From a bacterium (GTDB lineage: Bacteria > Patescibacteriota > Microgenomatia > Levybacterales > UBA12049), in NCBI GenBank assembly GCA_021813145.1, contig JAKALS010000005.1, forward strand, positions 74,022 to 123,620: a stretch of 49,599 bases of DNA, written 5' to 3'. Below are positions 43,143-49,599 of the stretch, one piece after another. The notes under the pieces are model-generated. The model did no database searches. It worked only from the letters and a program-made list of their open reading frames with translations, and was not told the DNA's origin. The stretch's first letter is position 1; every line of letters starts with the position of its first letter. The position numbers and the translations under genes are program-made.

Positions 43143-44273
43143 ATGCAAAAGCTTCGAAAAATTTTCTTCGTTGTTGCAAGTGGTGGTCACGAAACTGAAA
43201 GACATTACATTGATACTATTGAAAGAAAAAGATCAATTGATGAAGCAGAAAAATTTTTAAGACCTCAAGAAATTGAGATTCTTAAAAACACATATCACAG
43301 TGGACCATTCGCAGTATGGGGCGCTGTACCCGGTTCGGGTAATTTAAGGACATGGGAAACGATGGAAGCTGGTGATTATGTATTAATTTATAAATCTGGA
43401 AGAATAATTTTTGCCGCAGAAGTTGCATTAAAAACCAGAAATCCTCAGATGGCAAAATATCTTTGGGGAGAAGACAACAATGGCAATACTTGGGAATATA
43501 TGTATTTTCTTATAAACACACAAGAAGCGGATGTAAGTATGTCTGTGTTAAATCCCTATCTCGGATATTCTGAAAATTATTTCCCCCGAGGATTTATGGC
43601 AATCGAACAAGAGAAGGCAAACGAGTTACTTAATCATTATGGGGATGTACTTTCCGCAATCACAACAATGCAACAGGGGAAAAGGCTGAAAAAAATTGCA
43701 GAAAAGGCGAAACAAGAAGCAGAAGAATTTAACGAGAGGATTGAAAGAGCACCAACAGAACATGACGAAATGCAGTGGAGATTAATAAGAATTGGTAAAA
43801 AAGCACATATAGATGTTTGGGTTCCGCAAAATGATCAAGGGAAAAGTTATCAAGGTCATAAGTTTAAAGATGATGTTTTGCACGATTTTCAAGAAACATT
43901 AGATGTCCCAAATTATATAAAAAATATTGACGTTGTTTGGAAGTTTGGACTTTCAATAAAATCTGCTTTTGAAATTGAACACTCAACCTCGGTATATTCA
44001 GGGATATTAAGGCTTTCTGATTTAAAAGCATTAACTCCAAATTCGATCTATCCAATGTTTATTGTTGCGGATAGAGACAGACGAAGTAAGGTTTTTGCAG
44101 AACTTAAAAGGCCAACTTTTAATAATCCATATCTTAATTTGGCAGATGCAATAGGATATTTGTCTTATGATAAAGTACGAGAAATTGACGAGAGTACAAA
44201 AGGCCAGAATGCAAATATATCAATTGATTTTTTGGTCCAACAAAGCGAAAAGATAAGCAAAAATGAAAATTAG
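43143..44273 (+). CDS. putative modification-dependent nuclease: PUA/EVE-like N-domain + PD-(D/E)xK-like C-domain
   Basis: The N-domain FAVWGAVPGSGNLRTWETMEAGDYVLIYKSGRIIFAAEV is an EVE/PUA-like pattern. The C-domain has EHDEMQWRLIRIGKKAHIDVWVP..IDVVWKFG..SAFEIEHSTSVYSGILRLSDL, a restriction-endonuclease-like core. Assigned from pattern memory only. Confidence 0.45.
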   Translation: MQKLRKIFFVVASGGHETERHYIDTIERKRSIDEAEKFLRPQEIEILKNTYHSGPFAVWGAVPGSGNLRTWETMEAGDYVLIYKSGRIIFAAEVALKTRNPQMAKYLWGEDNNGNTWEYMYFLINTQEADVSMSVLNPYLGYSENYFPRGFMAIEQEKANELLNHYGDVLSAITTMQQGKRLKKIAEKAKQEAEEFNERIERAPTEHDEMQWRLIRIGKKAHIDVWVPQNDQGKSYQGHKFKDDVLHDFQETLDVPNYIKNIDVVWKFGLSIKSAFEIEHSTSVYSGILRLSDLKALTPNSIYPMFIVADRDRRSKVFAELKRPTFNNPYLNLADAIGYLSYDKVREIDESTKGQNANISIDFLVQQSEKISKNEN

Positions 44274-44961
44274 AGACGCCATCCTCTCTTACCGCGAAAT
44301 GTGTGATTTGGAAAATGTCCAAACACTCCAGCGGGGAATGAACTTTAGATTAAATCCTCTTTATTCAGTAATTTTGATGTCTCAAAGAACGAACGCCCCC
44401 TATAAAGATAAAATTTATGATGATGGAATAACAATTGAATATGAAGGACATGACGTTTCTAAAAAGGATTATTTTCATAATCCAAAAACTGAAGATCAAG
44501 TAGAACTTTTGCCATCTGGAAATCTTACACAAAATGGAAGGTTTATAAATGCCGTTAAAGAATACAAAAAAGGAATGCAAAATCCCGAGCTTATAAAAGT
44601 TTACGAAAAAATTATGAACGGTGTTTGGTCGTTAAAGGGAATTTTTGAACTTGTTGACTATAAAGTAGTAAATGATGGACGTAGAAACGTTTTTCGTTTT
44701 ATTCTAAAGCTTACAAATTTAGGAAACGTTGAAAATAAAAAGCAAACAATAGAAATTTCGCAAACAAGAATTATCCCAACAGAAGTGAAGAAGGAGGTTT
44801 GGAAAAGGGATATGGGGAAATGTGTTTTATGTGGCTCAAAAGAAAATTTGCATTTTGATCATGATTTGCCTTATTCAAGAGGCGGCACAAGTTTATCTGC
44901 GAAAAATGTCAGATTACTGTGCATGAAACATAATCTTCAAAAATCCGACAAGATTGAATAA
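44263..44961 (+). CDS. HNH endonuclease with N-terminal reader-like domain (McrA-type architecture)
   Basis: C-terminal HNH: CVLCGSKENLHFDHDLPYSRGG..NVRLLCMKHNLQKSDK. The N-terminal ~170 aa (RGMNFRLNPLYSVILMSQRTNAPYKDKIYDDGITIEYEGHD) recalls the YS[LV][VI]L..Y.DD..G...Y.G segment of SRA/PUA-like readers. It overlaps the upstream gene by 11 nt. Confidence 0.7.
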   Translation: MKIRDAILSYREMCDLENVQTLQRGMNFRLNPLYSVILMSQRTNAPYKDKIYDDGITIEYEGHDVSKKDYFHNPKTEDQVELLPSGNLTQNGRFINAVKEYKKGMQNPELIKVYEKIMNGVWSLKGIFELVDYKVVNDGRRNVFRFILKLTNLGNVENKKQTIEISQTRIIPTEVKKEVWKRDMGKCVLCGSKENLHFDHDLPYSRGGTSLSAKNVRLLCMKHNLQKSDKIE

Positions 44962-45298
44962 TTTGACTTCTTCTCGATTTAACTCAGAACTATAGTTAGC
45001 CACAAAATTAGCAATCGTTTTATTTTACTGATTGTTTTTTCTAGAATTATGTTGTATAAATAATTGTCAATAAGGCGAAGGAAAAAGTGCCTGATGACAA
45101 CCTCAAATTGCCACCAATCTTAACCTTCGAAAATTAAATGAAAGAAGAGAAAGACAAAAATCCTTTTTCAGGTATATTTATTTTTTCCAAAGAAATTAAA
45201 AACGATGGAAAAATTCATGCCGAGGGAGAAAACATTATACGCATATAGAAACAGATAAATATTCAGGTAAGGGTGAGATAAGCGTAAAGTCAACTTCT

Positions 45299-45541
45299 TT
45301 GTTTGAAAAAAGAATAAAGCGAGGAAGTGAGAGCTGGAATTTTATTTACATGGTGTTAGGAGTATTGCTTGCAATTGAAATTTTTGTGCTCAGCATTTTA
45401 TCTTGGAATTTTTTGAGTAAAATTGTTGTATTTTTAATAATATTTACAATCTCATTATGGCTTTGTTTATTTAATGCTTGGTTTCAAAATAAATTAATTG
45501 GATTAAAAATAAAAATTGAGGAAGCATGGAAGAAAATATAA
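45299..45541 (+). CDS. small two-TM membrane protein
   Basis: 80 aa from the TTG at 45299, or 63 aa from the ATG at 45350. Helices are VLGVLLAIEIFVLSILSW and IVVFLIIFTISLWLCLF. Confidence 0.4.
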   Translation: MFEKRIKRGSESWNFIYMVLGVLLAIEIFVLSILSWNFLSKIVVFLIIFTISLWLCLFNAWFQNKLIGLKIKIEEAWKKI

Positions 45542-45553
45542 GGGAGGTGAAAC

Positions 45554-45856
45554 ATGATATTTTTATGGACTTGGGGAGGAATCTTCTTTGGTTATAGAAA
45601 AGACAACTATCTATGGACTCATGACGGAAAAAATGTGGGAAAATTTTATGATAACGAAGTTTATGATATGAATGGAGAATACTTGGGAGAAATAAGAAAT
45701 GAAAATAGACTAATAATAAACTTGAATAAAGGAAATTATAGAAAGCCTCCGTTTACTCCTTATGCAGATGTTATAGGGATTGTACCTTATGCAAATTATG
45801 TTGGATATGTAATGTATGTTGGGCATGAAGATTTTCATTTACCAGAAGATTTATAA
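45554..45856 (+). CDS. small beta-rich protein (4-fold beta-flower-like repeats)
   Basis: 100 aa with repeated aromatic-Gly hairpin units (WTHDGKNVGKFYDNEVYDMNGEYLGEI). A strong SD GGAGG at 45543-45547 lies 6 nt before the ATG. Confidence 0.35.
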   Translation: MIFLWTWGGIFFGYRKDNYLWTHDGKNVGKFYDNEVYDMNGEYLGEIRNENRLIINLNKGNYRKPPFTPYADVIGIVPYANYVGYVMYVGHEDFHLPEDL

Positions 45857-45875
45857 GTGGAGGGGGTGAAAACAT

Positions 45876-46172
45876 ATGGCTAAACAAATAATATGCGCCA
45901 ATAAACCAAGCGGAAATCTACATAATCCTCATGAAACTGTTACTGACTATGGTTGGCATGATGATATTACAAATACCAATGGAATATGGGATAGGCAGAC
46001 TATGGTTGATTGGGTCAATGCTGGAAATAGGGCATACGTGGGAAACAATGGAAAAGTGAGCGAATGCGCTGTTAGGGGGATTCCTCCAAGGCAATTTTTG
46101 CAGACACATGCAGATGGTTATTGGAACGATAACATTGTTAACTTACCGAATTGCATAGTGTCCAATATTTAG
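45876..46172 (+). CDS. DUF3892-like protein
   Basis: 98 aa. The pattern ..HETVTDYGW....W.RQTMVDWVNAGNRAYVG.NGKVSECAV....FLQTHADGYWNDNIVNLPNC matches my memory of DUF3892 (..T.aDg...DNLl.LP.C). An SD GGAGG lies at 45859-45863. Confidence 0.5.
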   Translation: MAKQIICANKPSGNLHNPHETVTDYGWHDDITNTNGIWDRQTMVDWVNAGNRAYVGNNGKVSECAVRGIPPRQFLQTHADGYWNDNIVNLPNCIVSNI

Positions 46173-46173
46173 A

Positions 46174-46902
46174 ATGAAGTGTTGCTTATGTTTGCAAGAG
46201 AAAAAACTTGTTGATGCCCATATTATTCCAAAATGGGCCTTCATGTATTTATATCCCGAATCGAAAGTTCAGCCTTTAATATTAATAGGTACAGAAGGGA
46301 ATAAGAAGAGCAGGGTTGGAGTTTATGACCCAAATATCCTTTGCAAGGAATGCGACGGATTTATAGGTATTTTTAATAATTATGGGAAAAAAGTATTTCT
46401 AGAAAAACAATTGGAAGATTCGCAATTTCAAGGCCTGGCTTATGTAATTAAAGATATTAAACCCGAGGAATTAAAAATATTTTTACTTTCAGTAATTTGG
46501 AGAGCTTCAATTTCAAAAAGAGAAGAAGTAAAGGCTATCAGTCTTGGCCCCTATGAAGATAAAATACACAATCTTCTCTTTAAAAAGAAAGAAAATAAAG
46601 ACATAACTCCAGACTTAAAAGAATTCTCAATTTTAATTTCTCGATTTGGGGAGGGTGGCTATCCTGATTTAACAAATAAAAATATTCAACTTCCTTTATT
46701 TACAAGAGTCGATGGTGTTAATTTTAATATTGTATATTTTCCCCGAGGTTTTAAAATTTATATAAAAACAGATAAAAGGCTAATCAGTGAACCATTTAAT
46801 AAATTAGAATTAAAAGACGGTGATCTTATTGTTTTAAAGTTAAAAAACTTTCAAGAGAGTAAAGAATTTTACCAAATGAGAAAATTTCTTAAGGATAAAT
46901 AG
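46174..46902 (+). CDS. Cys/His-rich protein, HNH_5-like putative nuclease
   Basis: 242 aa. CCLCLQEKKLVDAHIIPKW plus LCKECDGFIG resembles the CxxC..EHiiP..vCxxCN layout of the HNH_5 family. It starts 1 nt after the upstream stop. Confidence 0.3.
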   Translation: MKCCLCLQEKKLVDAHIIPKWAFMYLYPESKVQPLILIGTEGNKKSRVGVYDPNILCKECDGFIGIFNNYGKKVFLEKQLEDSQFQGLAYVIKDIKPEELKIFLLSVIWRASISKREEVKAISLGPYEDKIHNLLFKKKENKDITPDLKEFSILISRFGEGGYPDLTNKNIQLPLFTRVDGVNFNIVYFPRGFKIYIKTDKRLISEPFNKLELKDGDLIVLKLKNFQESKEFYQMRKFLKDK

Positions 46903-46937
46903 ATTGCCCTTAGGGTAGAAATAATCTCAAGCTCCGC

Positions 46938-46962
46938 GTCGCAAAATAGAGGATTTACGTCG
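46938..46962. repeat. hairpin-repeat family member H7 (degenerate)
   Basis: GTCGCAAAATAGAGGATTTACGTCG. The left arm and spacing are conserved, but the right arm is imperfect. Confidence 0.5.
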
Positions 46963-47022
46963 ATATATCTATGGATGTGCATAGACTATGCTATATAATA
47001 ATACTTTATACTACATTTATGC

Positions 47023-47051
47023 TTGACAAGTAGTGTTATATAGTATAAAAT
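47023..47051 (+). promoter_or_regulatory. promoter of the second Fic gene (TTGACA-17-TAAAAT), leaderless geometry
   Basis: TTGACA at 47023-47028 and TAAAAT at 47046-47051. The ATG at 47059 is 7 nt downstream. Confidence 0.55.
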
Positions 47052-47058
47052 AGTTTAA

Positions 47059-47994
47059 ATGGATAATAAATTACAATTATTAAAGACTAAAAAACAATGG
47101 TTAGAAAACTATAAACCATTTCCAAAAGAGATTGAAATAAATCTCCAGGAATGGTTTCGTATTGAATTAACGTATACATCTAATGCTATTGAAGGTAATA
47201 CTTTAACTCGTCAGGAAACTGCTTTAGTAGTCGATGAAGGATTAACAGTTGAGGGTAAAAGCTTAACTGAGCATCAGGAGGCAATAAATCATTCTTTGGC
47301 CTTAGATTATATTTATGCCCTGGCAAATCAAAAACAGAAGTTAAGTTTAAATGAAATATTAGAAATTCATAATATTATTCTTAATAAAATTGATGATTCT
47401 AATAAAGGTAGATTGCGAACGGTTTCAGTAAGACTTAAAGGATCTGAAACAATTTTGCCAAATCCACTAAAAGTTCCCGAATTAATGAATGATTTTGTTA
47501 TTTGGCTTCAGGATGAAGACCAGAATGATCCAATTAAATTTGCGATAGATGCACATTTTAAATTCGTCACTATTCATCCGTTTGTTGATGGGAATGGTAG
47601 GGTTGGACGATTATTAATGAATTTGTTATTAATAAGAGCAGGATATCCACCAGCAATTATTCGAAAAGAAGATAGAAATGAATACGTAAAATCTTTGGAA
47701 AAAGGTCAAACCAAAGAAGAAATGGATGATTATTATACTTTAATGATTAATGCTGTAGATAGATCGTTAGATATATATCTCGAAGCGTTAAATCCGAAGG
47801 AAGAAAATGTAAATGAAATTCAAGAAAAAAGGTTTCTTACTACTGATGAAGTTGCAAAATTACTACAGGTAGATCCGGAGAGTGTTAGGCGTTATGTAAG
47901 ACGCGGTGATTTAAAAGCAGTAAAATTAGGTGGTAAATTTATTAGAATTGAAAAAGTAGATTTAAATAAGTTCATCGAAAAACTCAAAAAATAA
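47059..47994 (+). CDS. Fic-family protein (class-II-like) with C-terminal excisionase/MerR-type HTH
   Basis: Fic motif HPFVDGNGRVGRLLMN and inhibitory motif SNAIEG. The C-terminal LTTDEVAKLLQVDPESVRRYVRRGDLKAVKLGGKFIRI is the HTH_17 pattern. Confidence 0.85.
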   Translation: MDNKLQLLKTKKQWLENYKPFPKEIEINLQEWFRIELTYTSNAIEGNTLTRQETALVVDEGLTVEGKSLTEHQEAINHSLALDYIYALANQKQKLSLNEILEIHNIILNKIDDSNKGRLRTVSVRLKGSETILPNPLKVPELMNDFVIWLQDEDQNDPIKFAIDAHFKFVTIHPFVDGNGRVGRLLMNLLLIRAGYPPAIIRKEDRNEYVKSLEKGQTKEEMDDYYTLMINAVDRSLDIYLEALNPKEENVNEIQEKRFLTTDEVAKLLQVDPESVRRYVRRGDLKAVKLGGKFIRIEKVDLNKFIEKLKK

Positions 47995-48009
47995 TTTAAT
48001 TTAGATCAT

Positions 48010-48033
48010 GTCGTAAAAACTAGGCTTTACGAC
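48010..48033. repeat. hairpin-repeat family member H8 (perfect 8-bp stem)
   Basis: GTCGTAAA-AACTAGGC-TTTACGAC, starting 16 nt after the Fic stop codon. Confidence 0.8.
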
Positions 48034-48301
48034 AAATTTGACTTACAGGGTTTAAAGGGATATGACTAGGGTATGGCAAAGATCAATGCACAGTGGCACA
48101 AAGAAAACAGGATGTCCGACTATTTAAAAAAGGCGGAAGGCACTACCCAATTACAACAAAGAGTAAAGTGGCATAAAGAACATTTAAAAAATTGCTCCTG
48201 CAGGACAGATATTCCCGCCTCTCTTAAAAAATACTTTGACTTCTAACGTTACAACTTTACAAACTTTATAACCTTATGAACTTAAGTGTTATACTATTCT
48301 T

Positions 48302-48772
48302 GTGAAGATAAAAAGTTTTAATACTTTGTTAACTTCTTTAATGCTCACCTTAGGGGCGGGGGTTGTCGGCTCTCTCTTTACAATAGACTCCATTAATGGC
48401 TGGTACGAAACCTTAAATAAACCTTTTTTTAACCCTCCGAATTTTATTTTCGGGCCAGTATGGACATTCCTTTTTATTCTAATGGGGATTTCCTTGTATC
48501 TTGTCCTTGTTAAAAAACCGAAAAATAATTCGGGAGTAAAAATATTCTGGGCACAGCTTATGCTGAATATTTTATGGTCCGTAATTTTTTTCTATTTACA
48601 TAATCCGTTGATTGCATTTTTAGAAATAATAATTCTTTGGATTTTTATTTTTCTTTCCATAAAATACTTTTACAAAATTTCCAAAAACGCAGCTTACCTT
48701 CTTATTCCTTATATGCTCTGGGTTACCTTTGCCGCATTTTTAAATCTTTCCATAGTTGTTTTGAACCACTAG
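48302..48772 (+). CDS. tspO: TspO/MBR-family tryptophan-rich sensory protein
   Basis: Five TM helices with WYETLNKPFFNPPNFIFGPVWTFLFILMGIS and PYMLWVTFAAFLN. GTG start. An extended -10 TGtTATACT (48287-48295) ends 6 nt upstream. Confidence 0.8.
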   Translation: MKIKSFNTLLTSLMLTLGAGVVGSLFTIDSINGWYETLNKPFFNPPNFIFGPVWTFLFILMGISLYLVLVKKPKNNSGVKIFWAQLMLNILWSVIFFYLHNPLIAFLEIIILWIFIFLSIKYFYKISKNAAYLLIPYMLWVTFAAFLNLSIVVLNH

Positions 48773-48818
48773 ACGCTTAGACATAAGATTTAAGATTTAG
48801 GACGGAAGAAGGGAGAGA

Positions 48819-49436
48819 TTAGATGAAAGAATTGAGTTTTGTGAGTTCGTGTTGGGAAAATCTTCCTCTTTTCAAATCGAATTCGAGTATTTGATGCCTT
48901 ATTCCGCTTTCATCAAGGGTTTTTAAAAATCCGTCGATTGTTTTTCCGTCCCAACCCTGATAGTAATTGTTATGTATTTTTTTTGGGTCTTCCTGGAAAA
49001 GGAATAAGAGGCCCTTATTTCCTTGTCTTGTAAAAATTCCCTCTATTATTTCGGTTCTATTCATTTTTAATTCTTCCCAGGCCTCCAAATCCCTAGTCGA
49101 GGGGATCAGGGACTCTTTAAGATTTCTTCCCAAAATAAGGGGGTGTCCGTGAATGAAAAGGAAAGTGTCGTCAAAAAATTCAACTCCGACGCTTAAAGAA
49201 TCATGCGCATTTTCTATGGAACCGATTTTTCTTGATTTATTGAGATGTGAAACAAAAGGAATTCCTTCAAAATTTGATACGGTAAAAGCGCTTTCGGAAA
49301 AATTGAACTGAAGAGGGTTAGACATTTCTATAAGATTTTCCAAAAAATCTGCCCTTTGAAATGTTTTTCGCAGAACCCCAGGGGTAGCCAAAGGTCGCTC
49401 GGCCGGTCTTAAACGTTCTTGTATAGCCATAGCCAC
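48819..49436 (-). CDS. hypothetical protein (weak JAB/MPN-like HxH...SxxD)
   Basis: 205-aa ORF. FIHGHPLILGRNLKESLIPSTRD loosely resembles a JAMM motif, but the spacing is atypical. Confidence 0.3.
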   Translation of the reverse strand: MAMAIQERLRPAERPLATPGVLRKTFQRADFLENLIEMSNPLQFNFSESAFTVSNFEGIPFVSHLNKSRKIGSIENAHDSLSVGVEFFDDTFLFIHGHPLILGRNLKESLIPSTRDLEAWEELKMNRTEIIEGIFTRQGNKGLLFLFQEDPKKIHNNYYQGWDGKTIDGFLKTLDESGIRHQILEFDLKRGRFSQHELTKLNSFI

Positions 49437-49484
49437 GAATATTACAACTTATAGTAATTTTTGTCAAATATCTGTGCTGGCACC

Positions 49485-49599
49485 CTAGATAGAGAACGGT
49501 CGTTCTCCTTTCTGTCTTTGGTACTCTTGTACAACCTGAAATGGAGTTTTGTAACCCAAAGACTGATGATATCTTTTAGTATTGTACTTGGTATTAAAC
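49485..49599 (-). mobile_element. 3' end of a DDE (rve-type, IS3/IS481-like) transposase gene; the element continues beyond the window
   Basis: The reverse-strand frame ..FNTKYNTKRYHQSLGYKTPFQVVQEYQRQKGERPFSI* contains the conserved integrase-core C-terminal signature YN..R.H.SLGY.TP. Confidence 0.65.

Noticed and set aside
45138-45248. 36-aa ORF (MKEEKDKNPFSGIFIFSKEIKNDGKIHAEGENIIRI) in the 337-bp gap before the SD-bearing operon
   Set aside because: It has no RBS or promoter geometry like the other genes and no motif. It is too short to support without conservation data.
35433-48033. Calling the hairpin repeats integron attC sites or a CRISPR array
   Set aside because: At 24 nt they are too short for attC sites, and they lack the R''/R' cores (RYYYAAC...GTTRRRY). 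No integron integrase is present in the window. They are 0.9-5 kb apart with genes between them, so they are not CRISPR repeats. They are reported as an unexplained repeat family instead.
35433-48033. Interpreting the hairpins simply as rho-independent terminators
   Set aside because: The stems are short (6-8 bp) and AT-rich, with no 3' U-tract outside the hairpin. Three of them (H1, H4 and H6) lie upstream of -35 boxes rather than downstream of genes. A terminator role for some (H2, H5, H8) cannot be excluded.

Overview
The window looks like a chromosome segment from a small-genome Patescibacteria/CPR-like bacterium. This is an inference from gene content: compact IF-2 and AlaRS, a T4SS-type pilin-like gene, an AMP-phosphorylase-like DeoA, a sortase, and many anchored or secreted proteins with PT/SP-rich linkers. 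Positions 1-34.8 kb are tightly packed core genes. They include a pilin / polytopic-membrane / double Hsp100 cluster, then nusA-infB-(DHH-like)-rpsO-pnp, a protease-less Lon AAA+ module, RNase J, FtsK, RodZ-like, MltG, nucleoside/AMP phosphorylase, a sortase operon, alaS, and a processive GT2 synthase. Positions 34.9-48.1 kb form a clearly AT-richer accessory island. My hand counts of a few 60-nt lines gave 23-35% GC in the island against 37-57% in the core. The island is made of defence/conflict-type cassettes: XRE + ImmA/IrrE + DEDDh exonuclease, an AAA-DUF4143 ATPase, two class-II-like Fic proteins, a wHTH-GHKL ATPase-STAS fusion, a wHTH-ComF-like PRTase, two tandem reader-nuclease genes (PD-(D/E)xK and HNH), and a four-gene operon with strong SD sites (TM / beta-flower-like / DUF3892-like / Cys-rich). 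The most unusual signal is a family of eight 24-nt imperfect palindromes (KTCGYAAA-N8-TTTRCGAC). They occur in the island's intergenic regions, flank each of the single-gene or small-operon cassettes and one 5-kb multi-gene block, and all lie in one orientation. One of them is embedded in a 48-bp direct repeat. Many genes, core and island, have near-consensus sigma70 promoters ending 6-10 nt before the start codon, which implies leaderless mRNAs. The right edge carries the 3' end of an rve-type transposase gene. I recognised no rRNA, tRNA or CRISPR array. All functional calls come from motifs read by eye, and no database search was run.
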